DNA of 64,000 nucleotides from Acutalibacteraceae bacterium (GCA_045539955.1 JAZQGI010000011.1:16832-80831), one strand, 5' to 3'. Counted from the stretch's first letter, positions 1 through 9,671 are shown. A program made the numbers and translations. The notes: generated by a model from the sequence alone, not told the origin.

Positions 1-165
1 TGCAAGACCCTGAAAATCTACATCTGGAATAATTACAGTTTTTGCACCCACAAATTTTGTTGCAAGCGCATTGTCACTGAAAAATCCTGTGGCAGATTTC
101 TGGGAAAACATTTTATCAAGTTCGGTTGAGTATTTTAAAGCATTTTCAATAGAGTTAATAGACAT
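1..165 (-). CDS. phage major-capsid-like protein, N-terminal 55 codons only (gene runs off the left edge)
   Basis: Not in the ORF track. ATG at 165-163 with AAGGAG 7 nt upstream (minus sense), open to position 1. Translates MSINSIENALKYSTELDKMFSQKSATGFFSDNALATKFVGAKTVIIPDVDFQGLA. Sits directly after a scaffold-like gene in a terS-terL-scaffold block. The capsid call rests on gene order and remembered N-terminal resemblance only. Confidence 0.4.
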   Translation of the reverse strand, partial: MSINSIENALKYSTELDKMFSQKSATGFFSDNALATKFVGAKTVIIPDVDFQGLA

Positions 166-186
166 ATTTTTTCTCCTTAAATTTAA

Positions 187-831
187 TTATTTTTGCCATA
201 GTCCGCGAAGAAACTCTATGGCCTCGGGGTTTTCTGTACCTCTTTTATTAAGTAATGAACCCATAGCAGATTGCTCTGCTCTGTGTTGATTTTTAACACT
301 TTGCCTTGCGGCAAGCTGTTGCTTGTGAAGATATCTTAAGTATTCATCAAGCAGTAGGGTACCCTTTAATTTTGCGGATTCGACAACACTTTCAGGCAAA
401 TCCTCCAAAGACTTAATTTCGGGGAAATCTTCCAAAAGCTCTGCAAAGCCGTTGGTTTCAGTTTCTTTGCCGTTTTCGAGCTGCAAAATATGCTCTGCAA
501 ATTGACGGTCACCGCCGCATTTTTCAAGAATTTCGCTTTCTCTTAAAGCACACCTCTGGCCTTTGAGCGCTTCGATAAATTCTCTGACACTCTTACCCTC
601 AGCCTTTGCTAAGCTTTTAAGCTCATCATAATCCTTTGAAATCACATCAAATTTCATACCCTTTTGTGCCAATTCCTGAGCCTTCTGTAAATCCAAATTT
701 AAAACCTGCTTATTAAACTTAACAGGAACAATTAATTCGGATTGTTCGTTTGTTTCGGTTTCCAAGCCTTCATCAGTCATATTTTCATTTTTGCTTTGGT
801 TGGCATCATTTAAAACAATATTTTCTGACAT
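187..831 (-). CDS. phage scaffolding-like protein (acidic, coiled-coil)
   Basis: 214-aa ORF, highly acidic and helical (E/K/L/Q rich), located between terL and the capsid-like gene. No enzymatic motifs seen. Confidence 0.45.
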   Translation of the reverse strand: MSENIVLNDANQSKNENMTDEGLETETNEQSELIVPVKFNKQVLNLDLQKAQELAQKGMKFDVISKDYDELKSLAKAEGKSVREFIEALKGQRCALRESEILEKCGGDRQFAEHILQLENGKETETNGFAELLEDFPEIKSLEDLPESVVESAKLKGTLLLDEYLRYLHKQQLAARQSVKNQHRAEQSAMGSLLNKRGTENPEAIEFLRGLWQK

Positions 832-851
832 ACTTTTTCTCCATTCTTATT

Positions 852-1034
852 TTACTGTTGTTCGCTTCCGTCATAATTTAGGAAGTTTTGGTATTCTTTA
901 GTTATAGTCTGCAAGTCCTGTTGGAGCTTTGCCGAAGATTTTTTTGCCTTAATCGGCGGCTCTTTTCTGACACCCGCAAAAAAACCGATTAAAAAGACAA
1001 ACAATGCAGTAAATATTACTGTTAAAACTGTCAT
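852..1034 (-). CDS. small single-pass membrane protein (phage block)
   Basis: 60-aa ORF with an N-terminal hydrophobic helix (VLTVIFTALFVFLIGFFAGV). Its start overlaps the terL stop (ATGA-type overlap at 1031-1034), suggesting coupling. Confidence 0.4.
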   Translation of the reverse strand: MTVLTVIFTALFVFLIGFFAGVRKEPPIKAKKSSAKLQQDLQTITKEYQNFLNYDGSEQQ

Positions 1035-2338
1035 AAGTCCCAGCCTCCGTTAAAATCTCTTTTATCAATTCCGCTTACATATCCTTGACTTCGCTTCTGC
1101 TTTTGCGGTTTGAAATATTTTACATCCTCAAAAGCATACCTCAGCGCATCACAAAGGTGGTTTTCACTGTCCTTTGGCATTTTAAGTCCGTTTTCGGTTC
1201 GCTTATCATCATAAACATAAGATGATAGTTCTCTTATCATATTTACACAAGCAGGACTGACTGTAATCTGGTATTCACAAATTGCCGAAATTCCGTTAAG
1301 GATACTGTCCCGCCCTTTAACCGACGGAGTAATTCTTCCAATTCCCAAACGGCGTAAATCGTCATTTGACTTTGGCTCTGCACAGTCTGCGCGAATGCGT
1401 TCTTTACTAAAGCCCATTTCTTTAATTTTTTGGGCAATATCGCAGTTTAGCATACGCGTCTTATAAAATTCACTGTAAATATATATCTGTTTAAGTATGG
1501 GGTTAGCTTTAAAAGCAACAAATGCAGTCGGGTCGTTTGTATAACCGTAGTCAAGCCCGAAAAAGCTTTTCCACATATACTCCTCTTCTCTTGGTATAGA
1601 GATTTTCCCTACCGACCAATTTTCAAACACCAGTCCCTCGGAAATACCCCAATTCCCAAGACCTGCAACTTCATACTTTCTCCTGTTTGTTTTTTTCATT
1701 CTTTCAAAAACAAGCCTATCCGTTTCATCAAGAAATTCATTACAAAGATAATTCGTTGAAAATGTTTCAACATCAGGAGAAGCAGAATCAAAAAAGCGTT
1801 TTTTCAGCCAGTGCGTGTCACTCCACGGGTTAAATGTAAGAGTGGTCTGCTTATATAAAGGGGCTGGTACCAATCCCCTTGGCACAGAAAGATCAAGCTT
1901 ATCAAAATCGGCTTCATTAGCAATTTCAAAGGCTTCCTCAATCCATACATAATTGAGATACCCTCTTGAAACCGTGGTTGAAGCTAATTTCAAAACATCG
2001 TCAAAGCCACGAAAAATTATTTTTTGTCCCGTCGGCTTGTAAACCATTTCTAAGGGTGAGACGGTATTACTCCAATATTTTGAAACGCCAAGTCTTTCCT
2101 GTGCCCATTTAAGCTGTGCAAAAGTGCTGTCACGATGGGTGTTCATTACCTGACGCACAACTAACAGATTACTCTCCTTTTCTTTCATAAGCCTGAAAAT
2201 AAAGTTTAGTGCCGTAGTGGCTGATTTTTTGGAACCCTTACCGCCTTTAAGTACACGGTAACGCTTTTTACAATTCCAAAATTTTTCATAACCTTGTCCG
2301 ACAATTGCCGAAATTTTAATCTCGGATGTCGTCAACAA
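1031..2338 (-). CDS. phage terminase large subunit (PBSX/XtmB-like)
   Basis: 435-aa ORF. Walker-A-like KGGKGSKKS near the N-terminus and an acidic nuclease half. Length and layout are typical of Firmicute phage TerL. Overlaps the upstream terS-like ORF. Confidence 0.8.
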   Translation of the reverse strand: MLTTSEIKISAIVGQGYEKFWNCKKRYRVLKGGKGSKKSATTALNFIFRLMKEKESNLLVVRQVMNTHRDSTFAQLKWAQERLGVSKYWSNTVSPLEMVYKPTGQKIIFRGFDDVLKLASTTVSRGYLNYVWIEEAFEIANEADFDKLDLSVPRGLVPAPLYKQTTLTFNPWSDTHWLKKRFFDSASPDVETFSTNYLCNEFLDETDRLVFERMKKTNRRKYEVAGLGNWGISEGLVFENWSVGKISIPREEEYMWKSFFGLDYGYTNDPTAFVAFKANPILKQIYIYSEFYKTRMLNCDIAQKIKEMGFSKERIRADCAEPKSNDDLRRLGIGRITPSVKGRDSILNGISAICEYQITVSPACVNMIRELSSYVYDDKRTENGLKMPKDSENHLCDALRYAFEDVKYFKPQKQKRSQGYVSGIDKRDFNGGWDL

Positions 2339-2585
2339 TCATCACCGCCTTTAAGCCCTCTGGCTTTTGCTCGGTTTTTTCACTTGCGATTGAACGCAGC
2401 TCCTTTATAGCTGAAAGGTCCCCTGAAACCGCCTTTTTATAAAGAGCAATCATAACAGCTGTTTTTCTTGTGGGGTTTTTAACAGTAAAACCCTCTTCTC
2501 TTAAAGAGAGAGTCTCTTCCATAGACAGCTTTTCATTAAGTATCGTTTTCAAGGTTTTATAAAGTAGCTTGTCGTTCTCACGCAT
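2316..2585 (-). CDS. terminase small-subunit-like protein (short, possibly only the C-terminal part)
   Basis: 89-aa ORF overlapping the terL start. The segment ALYKKAVSGDLSAIKELRSI resembles the conserved C-terminal helix of small terminases. No obvious N-terminal HTH. GGAGG SD upstream. Confidence 0.4.
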   Translation of the reverse strand: MRENDKLLYKTLKTILNEKLSMEETLSLREEGFTVKNPTRKTAVMIALYKKAVSGDLSAIKELRSIASEKTEQKPEGLKAVMIVDDIRD

Positions 2586-2668
2586 TTTTGTATTCCTCCT
2601 ATCAGCAATTCACATTATACTCATTTTAAAACCGACATTCACCGACATCTTTTTAAAAGTAAAAAAAA

Positions 2669-2706
2669 GTGTCAGTAAGCAGACCTTAAAGTCTGCTTAC
2701 TGACAC
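2669..2706 (-). terminator. intrinsic terminator of yfhO
   Basis: Perfect 16-bp stem GTGTCAGTAAGCAGAC/GTCTGCTTACTGACAC with a 6-nt loop, followed in minus sense by a T8 run (A8 at 2661-2668). Confidence 0.8.
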
Positions 2707-2723
2707 TCTCGTTATTTTATTTT

Positions 2724-5324
2724 TTAATCCTCTTCATCGTCGGGCGGTAAAATTTTAAAGCCACCCTCAAAACCGTTTTCAATTTTTGGGATAATAATCT
2801 CATCCATCCTGTCAAGAAGACTCTCACTCTTTTTAAGGTTTTCTTCAATCTGGGACTCCTGCTCTTGCTCAGCTTCGTTCCAGCTTTTAAGCAGAATTTC
2901 TCCTTCGGGATAAACATTTTTAGCGATATGCTTTTTACGGTACAAAAGAAAAGCGAGCATATAAGCCAGAAAAACAGCGCAGCTACTTGCAGTAACCAAC
3001 AGCCCTGTTTTTAAACCGGGTGTCATATAATTAAACCTTATTTCACTGGTACCCGCTGGCACTTTTACCGCCATAAACCCAACATTCACCTTTTCAATTT
3101 CGCAAGGTTGACCGTTTACTGTTGCCGTCCAACCCTCATCGTAAGGAATCGAAAAGAAAACAAGATTTTCCTTATCCCTTTTAACTGTCGCCGAAAAACC
3201 GTTTTTATCAGTTTCAAAATAAACTGCCGATGTTTCTCTCAATTTATCGCAGTCATAAACCATATCTTCGTAACCGAAATAAATACTTCTGCCCTCGTCA
3301 TCAGGAGCAGGATTTCTTAACATACCGTTAAAATCAGTTAAAAGATGACCGTATTTTTTAATTTGTTCATCAGTCAGAAGAATTGCCTTAAGCATAAGAT
3401 TTGCTCGGTTTTTACCTGAATAGCTTTCACAAAAATCCTCACTCATATAATACTGGTAAGAAAAACCGTAAGGTACAAAATTCTCATTTTCATAAACATA
3501 AAAACCGCTTTGGGTATCAAGATAGGTGTATCCTTGCATTTCGGTTTCCTTAGTTTCGGCATCAATAAAACTGTCACCATCAACCCGATTCAAAAGATAT
3601 TTAACCGAAAGAAGTGGGCGAATAGACTCATAATCAGTACCGGGTCGGCTTGCAACACTTCTCTCTACACCGATATACTCATAAAATTGCATTATTGAAT
3701 ACGGCACAACAGAATGAAAGGCATTTATACCGGAATACCCAAGATACATCGCCGTATTATCAACACAGTCATACGTGTCTATACGGAAACTGCTATCATC
3801 CTTAAAATCAACCTCGCCTTCAATAAGGCTGTCGATCATAACATCCTTAATTTCATAAGAATGTGAGCGTCCGCTGATAATAAACACATTGCCGTATATA
3901 ACAGAAATTATGCAAACACATACAACGCTTGTTGTGTAAAAAGATTTTATATTATTTTTTAAAATCTTCAAAAGGAAATAAAGAATAACAAGGCTTACTA
4001 TGGCAATAACACAGGCAACCGCAAATCTTATAACATAAGTTAAATCATCTGCCTGTGTGTAAAGTCCAAAGGTAATGTTTCCATCGTCATCTTTATTCGG
4101 GAAAAAGCCGATAACTGCCGAAATGGCAACGGTAATTCCTAAAACCCACTTAAATCCGTACGACCAATCGACAGTTTTATCTTCTGTAAGTATAACGGTC
4201 ATAAGGCACATAAGGAGTATCGGCATATAATACCAACGCGCATAATAGGCGGTATTAAAGGCATAAAACGCGCTGTTAAGTATGGGTATTAAAGCCATAA
4301 AAATGCAAACACCTATAATTCTTTTAAGCCAATTGCCGCCTTTGGTTTTAAACCAAGTAAAAACGCCCACCATGCTGAAAACAGGCAGCCAGCCCCCAAG
4401 CGAAGACCACTTAACCTCAGCTCCTGGGAAAAACACAGGACGGGCAGGAATATCTGGCGGAAAAAAGAAACACTGCAAAATATTGCCGTAAATCTGTTCC
4501 TTGCCGTACATAATCGCATTCCAGCCCACAAGAAATTCCGAAATGCGTGAATTCCCTGTAATTGCCATAACAGAAGGCAGAAGTATAACCGCAGAAAGCA
4601 AAAGCCCTAAAACCGCCTCGAAAACAATGACCAAAAATCTTGAAAATCTGGGTCTTATAGCACCTGAAAAGAGACGGACAAAGAAATAAATTATAGTAAA
4701 TACTACCATTCCAAAAAAGAAAAAGTAGTTTGAAACCGCACAAAGACAAACCGTCAACGCGAAAACAAATCGGCGGTTTTCAGTTATAAGCATTTCGAGT
4801 GCCAAAAGCAACAGCGGAAATAAAATTATCGCTTCGTGAAAATGGTTAAAAAAGATATTATAAACCGAAAAACCCGAAAATGCGTATAAAAGACCGCCAA
4901 GACGCGCCGCTTCAGGTGTTCTTGTAAAACGGCGAATATAAAAATAAGCCGTAAGTGCCGCACAGGCGAACTTTAAAATCAAAAGCGGACCCATAAGATA
5001 GGGTACTAAACTATTTGGAAAAGGAATTGTTAACCAGAAAAATGGGCTGCCTAAGAGATAAAAGCTATAAGAACCAATAAAATTTGCTCCCAAATCTGTC
5101 CCGAAATCCCAAAAAACATTTCCGTTTCTTATGGCTTCGTGACATTTCTGATAAAACGGAATCTGCTGAACATTAAAGTCACCGTAAAAAGTAAAATACC
5201 CCTCACTCAAAATCATATATGGCACAAAAAGACAGGCGGCCGTCAACAATGCCAATATAAATGTTGAAAGCGCCTTTTCTTTTTTGGGAATTAATGTTCT
5301 GATTTTCATATCGGAAAATCTCAT
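2724..5324 (-). CDS. yfhO: YfhO-family polytopic membrane protein (putative glycosyltransferase)
   Basis: 866-aa ORF with many TM helices in the first ~480 aa, a large extracytoplasmic domain and a C-terminal TM. N-terminal signature YFTFYGDFNVQQIPFY...GANFIGSYSFYLLGSPFFW is typical of YfhO. Confidence 0.75.
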   Translation of the reverse strand: MRFSDMKIRTLIPKKEKALSTFILALLTAACLFVPYMILSEGYFTFYGDFNVQQIPFYQKCHEAIRNGNVFWDFGTDLGANFIGSYSFYLLGSPFFWLTIPFPNSLVPYLMGPLLILKFACAALTAYFYIRRFTRTPEAARLGGLLYAFSGFSVYNIFFNHFHEAIILFPLLLLALEMLITENRRFVFALTVCLCAVSNYFFFFGMVVFTIIYFFVRLFSGAIRPRFSRFLVIVFEAVLGLLLSAVILLPSVMAITGNSRISEFLVGWNAIMYGKEQIYGNILQCFFFPPDIPARPVFFPGAEVKWSSLGGWLPVFSMVGVFTWFKTKGGNWLKRIIGVCIFMALIPILNSAFYAFNTAYYARWYYMPILLMCLMTVILTEDKTVDWSYGFKWVLGITVAISAVIGFFPNKDDDGNITFGLYTQADDLTYVIRFAVACVIAIVSLVILYFLLKILKNNIKSFYTTSVVCVCIISVIYGNVFIISGRSHSYEIKDVMIDSLIEGEVDFKDDSSFRIDTYDCVDNTAMYLGYSGINAFHSVVPYSIMQFYEYIGVERSVASRPGTDYESIRPLLSVKYLLNRVDGDSFIDAETKETEMQGYTYLDTQSGFYVYENENFVPYGFSYQYYMSEDFCESYSGKNRANLMLKAILLTDEQIKKYGHLLTDFNGMLRNPAPDDEGRSIYFGYEDMVYDCDKLRETSAVYFETDKNGFSATVKRDKENLVFFSIPYDEGWTATVNGQPCEIEKVNVGFMAVKVPAGTSEIRFNYMTPGLKTGLLVTASSCAVFLAYMLAFLLYRKKHIAKNVYPEGEILLKSWNEAEQEQESQIEENLKKSESLLDRMDEIIIPKIENGFEGGFKILPPDDEED

Positions 5325-5394
5325 TTTTTATACCTCAAAACAAAATATTCTATTGATATTATATCATTTAATGTTATAATATTCAATAAAGGAC

Positions 5395-5976
5395 GTGAAA
5401 ATTGTGAAAAATCATTTTTATGCTATGATGTCGCGTATGAAAAACATATACCGTTGGGGACTAATGAGAAATACACGCAAGGAAAATTTAAGCGAGCATT
5501 CACTGGAGGTTGCCTTTGTTGCTCACGCGTTAGCAATAATTAATAACACCCGTCTTGGCGGTAGTATTGACCCTAATGCAGTTGCTGTTGCGGCTATGTA
5601 TCACGACACAACCGAAATTATTACAGGCGATATGCCAACCCCCATAAAATATTATAACTGCGATATTAAAAATGTTTATAAGGATATTGAAAAAATCGCA
5701 GAAAACCGCCTTTTAGAAAAACTACCGCAAGATTTCAAGGCTCAGTTTTCAAAGATTTATAACCCTGACCAAGATATCGCAAAGCTTGTAAAAGCGGCGG
5801 ATAAAATCTCTGCGCTCATTAAATGTATTGAAGAAGCAAATATGGGCAACCGTGAGTTTGCAGTGGCTGAAAAAAGCACACGAAAAGCTATTGATGACCT
5901 TAACTGCCCAGAAGCAAATATCTTTATGAAAGAATTTATTGAAAGCTTTTATCTATCCCTTGATGAACTTAACTAA
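5395..5976 (+). CDS. yfbR: HD-domain 5'-deoxynucleotidase (YfbR-like)
   Basis: RWGLMRNTRKENLSEHSLEVAFVAHALA ... YHDTTEIITGDMPTP aligns with the E. coli YfbR HD motif as remembered. The start could be the GTG at 5395 or 5404. Confidence 0.75.
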   Translation: MKIVKNHFYAMMSRMKNIYRWGLMRNTRKENLSEHSLEVAFVAHALAIINNTRLGGSIDPNAVAVAAMYHDTTEIITGDMPTPIKYYNCDIKNVYKDIEKIAENRLLEKLPQDFKAQFSKIYNPDQDIAKLVKAADKISALIKCIEEANMGNREFAVAEKSTRKAIDDLNCPEANIFMKEFIESFYLSLDELN

Positions 5977-5979
5977 ATC

Positions 5980-6008
5980 TTGTAATATCTATAAAAATAT
6001 GATATAAT
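5980..6008 (+). promoter_or_regulatory. sigmaA-type promoter of trpS (TTGTAA-17-TATAAT)
   Basis: -35 TTGTAA at 5980-5985, 17-bp spacer, -10 TATAAT at 6003-6008, about 32 nt before the trpS ATG. The leader is too short for a T-box. Confidence 0.5.
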
Positions 6009-6040
6009 TATACAGATAATCACTTAAAGGCGGAATACTT

Positions 6041-7051
6041 ATGTCTGAAATTTTAGAAACAAACCAAAAGAAAAAGGTTTTAAGCTGTATACAGCCGAGC
6101 GGTATGTTAACACTCGGTAACTATTTAGGCGCTTTAAAAAACTGGGTGGCTATGCAAGACGAATTTGACTGCACCTTTGCAGTAGCCGATTTACACGCTA
6201 TCACGGTAAGACAGGAGCCTGCAAAGCTTCGCGCTCAAATTTATTCTACATACGCTTTGCTTTTGGCTCTCGGTATAGACCCCGAAAAGCACACCCTTTT
6301 CATCCAGTCACACGTGCCCGAACACGCAGGGCTTAGTTGGTTGCTTTCCTGTAACACACAGTTTGGCGAGATGTCACGTATGACTCAGTTTAAGGATAAA
6401 TCAGCAAAGCACGCAAACAATGTAAATGTGGGTCTTTTCTCCTACCCTGTGCTAATGGCGGCTGATATTTTACTCTATAAGCCTGATTTAGTGCCTGTAG
6501 GCGCTGACCAGAAGCAACACCTTGAAATTGCGCGTGATATTGCCATTCGTTTCAACAATTTATACGGCGATGTATTTACCGTGCCAGATGCTTATATACC
6601 CAAAACAGGCGCACGTGTAATGTCACTTCAGGACCCAACTAAAAAAATGTCTAAATCCGATGATAATCTTAACTCCTGGGTTGCAATACTTGATTCTAAG
6701 GACGATATTATCCGTAAATTCAAGCGCGCTGTAACCGACTCAGAGGCTTGTGTACGTTTCAGCGAAGAAAAGCCCGGTATTTCTAACCTTATGACCATCT
6801 ACTCAGCAATTACCGAAAAATCTATTGCTGATATCGAAAAAGAATTTGAGGGCAAGGGCTACGGCGACTTTAAGATGGCTGTCGGTGAATCGGTAGCAGA
6901 CGCTTTAGCTCCTATTAAATCCTCTTATGACGAGATTATTAAAGATAAAAAAGCATTAGAGGTGCTTTATAAGCAAGGTGCAGAAAAAGCAGAATATGTT
7001 GCACGCAAAACCTATTTTAAAGCAATGAAAAAGGTTGGTTTCGTGTTATGA
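6041..7051 (+). CDS. trpS: tryptophan--tRNA ligase
   Basis: 336 aa. Class I motifs: the HIGH-region equivalent (SGMLTLGNYLGAL) and KMSKS. Confidence 0.95.
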   Translation: MSEILETNQKKKVLSCIQPSGMLTLGNYLGALKNWVAMQDEFDCTFAVADLHAITVRQEPAKLRAQIYSTYALLLALGIDPEKHTLFIQSHVPEHAGLSWLLSCNTQFGEMSRMTQFKDKSAKHANNVNVGLFSYPVLMAADILLYKPDLVPVGADQKQHLEIARDIAIRFNNLYGDVFTVPDAYIPKTGARVMSLQDPTKKMSKSDDNLNSWVAILDSKDDIIRKFKRAVTDSEACVRFSEEKPGISNLMTIYSAITEKSIADIEKEFEGKGYGDFKMAVGESVADALAPIKSSYDEIIKDKKALEVLYKQGAEKAEYVARKTYFKAMKKVGFVL

Positions 7052-7980
7052 TTTCCATTGTCGGAAATGATAAGCTATGTCTGGCAGTTGAAAATTTCAT
7101 AAAAGAAAAACGCATCCCCCACGCAATTTTAATTGAGGGAGATTATGGTAGCGGAAAGCATACACTTGCTAAATATTTATCAAATGCGATTGTCTGCGGT
7201 GAAGAAAACTCCCCTTGCGGCGGCTGTCACAACTGCCACTTGGCTAATATCAATTCACACCCCGATATAACGGTTATCCACCCAGAAGATAATAAAAAAA
7301 ACATTGCTATTTCACAAGTCAGAAGCTTGCGCAATGAAGCCTTCATAAAACCCCATCAAGCACAAAAACGCGTATTTATAATCGACTGTGCTGACACTAT
7401 GAATGAACAATCCCAAAATGCACTTTTAAAGGTTTTGGAAGAGCCTCCGCAAACAGTTATGTTCATTCTTATTGCCGAAAGCAAGTCCGCCTTGCTTGAT
7501 ACCATCATTTCACGATGCGTAACATTAAGCCTTAATACCCCTGAATTTTCAGTCGGTTTAGATTATCTTAAATCTAAAACCGATTTTCCCGAGGAATTGA
7601 TAAGGGAAGCATTAACGGTTGAAAAGGGAAATATCGGCAGAGCGCTCAATGCTTTAAACGGTGTATCCTCTTCAAAAACCGAAGCTGCGGCAAACGATTA
7701 TTTACAAGCCGCAATAAACGGTGACCAATTTACAATGCTGAAAACCGTTTTACCATTTTCAAAAAACCGCATTGATGCGGATAATTTCATAAAAGATTTA
7801 AAGTATTTAATAGCTCAAAAAATACGAAAATCCCCAAACAGCAGTCTTTCAAAATCTTTAATGAGTTTGTACAGCACAATACCCGAATTTGAGGACTCAC
7901 TTTTAACTAATATAAATTTAAATCTGTTGTTTTGCAATCTCACCACAAAAGCAACACAACTTATTCGGAGGAACAAATGA
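7048..7980 (+). CDS. holB: DNA polymerase III subunit delta'
   Basis: 310 aa. GSGKHTLA P-loop-like segment, zinc module CGGCHNCHL, and SRC motif (IISRCV). ATGA overlap with trpS. Confidence 0.85.
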   Translation: MISIVGNDKLCLAVENFIKEKRIPHAILIEGDYGSGKHTLAKYLSNAIVCGEENSPCGGCHNCHLANINSHPDITVIHPEDNKKNIAISQVRSLRNEAFIKPHQAQKRVFIIDCADTMNEQSQNALLKVLEEPPQTVMFILIAESKSALLDTIISRCVTLSLNTPEFSVGLDYLKSKTDFPEELIREALTVEKGNIGRALNALNGVSSSKTEAAANDYLQAAINGDQFTMLKTVLPFSKNRIDADNFIKDLKYLIAQKIRKSPNSSLSKSLMSLYSTIPEFEDSLLTNINLNLLFCNLTTKATQLIRRNK

Positions 7981-8819
7981 CAGAAGTTGTATCAGTAAAA
8001 TTTAAAGATACTGGCAAAGCATACTTTTTCTCCCCTGCAGGCAAAACTGTCAGCGTGGGTGATAAGGTAATTGTCGAAACCCAGAACGGTAACGAAATGG
8101 GTGTTATTGCCGAAGCAAATCATCAAGTAGGTGATGAAGAATTAGTTTCGCCACTTAAAAAAATACTCCGCATAGCTACCGAAAAGGATTTAAAAAGAAT
8201 TGAAGATAATAAAAAGAAAGCCGAAGATGCTTTTAAAATCTGCGAAGAGCAAATTGAGCAGCACAAGCTTGATATGAAGCTTGTTGATGTGGAATATTCT
8301 TTCGACGGCAGTAAGATTGTCTTCTTTTTCACATCTGACGGCAGAGTTGACTTCCGCGAACTTGTAAAAGACCTTGCCGCTAAATTCCATACAAGAATTG
8401 AACTTCGCCAGATAGGTGTTCGTGATGAAGCAAAGATGCTTGGCGGTATCGGTATATGCGGTCAACCCTATTGCTGTAAGCGTTTTTTAAACGACTTCGA
8501 ACCTGTTTCAATCAAGATGGCAAAAGAACAAGGACTTTCACTTAATCCTACCAAAATTTCTGGCAGCTGCGGAAGACTTATGTGTTGCCTTAAGTATGAA
8601 GAGGATGCCTACAGCCATTTAGCTTCCATCACACCCCGTGTTGGCGCCACTGTAAAAACTCCTGACGGCTTGGGCACTGTTACAGATGTAAACCTTGTCA
8701 CAGGAAATCTTTATGTTAAGCTTCACGACAGCGAAATAATGCCAATTAAAATACACAGGGATAATGTAGAACGTGTTTCTTCTCCTAAAAAACCGAATAA
8801 ATCACAAAATAACCAATAA
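7977..8819 (+). CDS. ricT: PSP1-domain protein RicT/YaaT (stage 0 sporulation / RNA maturation complex)
   Basis: PSP1 signature including the Cys cluster CGQPYCCKRFL...SGSCGRLMCCLKYE. Start placed at ATG 7977 (GGAGG 6 nt upstream, overlaps the holB stop) rather than the track start 7932. Confidence 0.85.
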   Translation: MTEVVSVKFKDTGKAYFFSPAGKTVSVGDKVIVETQNGNEMGVIAEANHQVGDEELVSPLKKILRIATEKDLKRIEDNKKKAEDAFKICEEQIEQHKLDMKLVDVEYSFDGSKIVFFFTSDGRVDFRELVKDLAAKFHTRIELRQIGVRDEAKMLGGIGICGQPYCCKRFLNDFEPVSIKMAKEQGLSLNPTKISGSCGRLMCCLKYEEDAYSHLASITPRVGATVKTPDGLGTVTDVNLVTGNLYVKLHDSEIMPIKIHRDNVERVSSPKKPNKSQNNQ

Positions 8820-8914
8820 TTTTACAAATTTTTAACTTGTATAAAATTTCCCTTGATTTTTAGGATATTTAGAGTTAAAATGTATTATAGTAAATCTACG
8901 GAGGTGTTACTAAG

Positions 8915-9085
8915 ATGGCTTATGTAATTTCTGACGCTTGCATCAGCTGCGGCGCTTGTGCTTCAGGTTGCCCTGTTGACGCTATTGCTGAAGGCGCAAC
9001 TCAATACGAAATCGATGCTGACAAATGCTGTGACTGCGGTGCTTGTGCTGCTGGTTGTCCGGTTGACGCTATTTCTGAAGGCTAA
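8915..9085 (+). CDS. fdx: 2x[4Fe-4S] ferredoxin (56 aa, below the ORF-track cutoff)
   Basis: ATG 8915 with GGAGGTG SD. Translates MAYVISDACISCGACASGCPVDAIAEGATQYEIDADKCCDCGACAAGCPVDAISEG, giving two CxxCxxCxxxCP motifs. Followed by a terminator. Confidence 0.9.
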   Translation: MAYVISDACISCGACASGCPVDAIAEGATQYEIDADKCCDCGACAAGCPVDAISEG

Positions 9086-9118
9086 TCTCTACATATTAAG
9101 AGAAACCTTGTGAATCAA

Positions 9119-9150
9119 CGCCTTTACAGTTTGCTGTAAAGGTGTTTTTT
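9119..9150 (+). terminator. intrinsic terminator after the ferredoxin gene
   Basis: Stem CGCCTTTACAG/CTGTAAAGGTG, loop TTTG, then T6. Confidence 0.75.
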
Positions 9151-9212
9151 CGACCTTTTTCACTTGACAAAAAATATAATTATTTGTAATCTATTTAAGG
9201 GGGGTGCATTCC

Positions 9213-9671
9213 GTGGAAAACACTAAAACCATAACAACAAACAAAAAAGCCTTTCACGAATATTTTGTTGTGGAAAGCTTTGAATGCGGAATTGCGCTTT
9301 CAGGCACTGAAATCAAATCAATCCGCCAAGGCGGAGTGAATCTTAAGGATGCTTGGTGCAGTGTTGATGATGGTGAAATGATTATAAAACAAATGCATAT
9401 AAGTCCTTATGACCACGGCAACAGGTTTAATAAACCGCCTGCCAGAAACCGTAAGTTGCTACTTCACAAGCGTGAAATTATGCGGCTTTTAGGAGCTGTC
9501 AAGCAAGACGGTATGGCTTTAGTGCCGTTGTCACTTTATTTCAAGGGTTCACTTGTAAAGGTTCAGTTAGGGCTTTGTAAGGGTAAAAAACTTCACGATA
9601 AGCGCGAAACCGCCGCTAAGCGCGATGCTAACCGCGCAATCGATAGAGCACTAAAAGAACAAAACCGTTAA
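9213..9671 (+). CDS. smpB: SsrA-binding protein SmpB
   Basis: NKKAFHEY...GTEIKS...LLLHKREI signature. Start set to GTG 9213 (8 nt after the GGGGGG SD); the track start 9204 lies too close to the SD. Confidence 0.9.
   Translation: MENTKTITTNKKAFHEYFVVESFECGIALSGTEIKSIRQGGVNLKDAWCSVDDGEMIIKQMHISPYDHGNRFNKPPARNRKLLLHKREIMRLLGAVKQDGMALVPLSLYFKGSLVKVQLGLCKGKKLHDKRETAAKRDANRAIDRALKEQNR

Larger units (their letters stand above)
1..2660 (-). mobile_element. prophage or phage-derived late-gene block (right end; continues beyond the window start)
   Basis: Collinear terS-like, terL, small membrane ORF, scaffold-like and capsid-like genes on the minus strand. The block begins right after the yfhO terminator, with no lysogeny or replication genes to its right. 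Confidence 0.6.

Noticed and set aside
1243-1437. A 64-aa ORF nested in terL, and similar nested same-strand ORFs (e.g. 4313-4749, 13474-13830).
   Set aside because: They are alternative frames within well-supported longer CDSs, with no independent signals.
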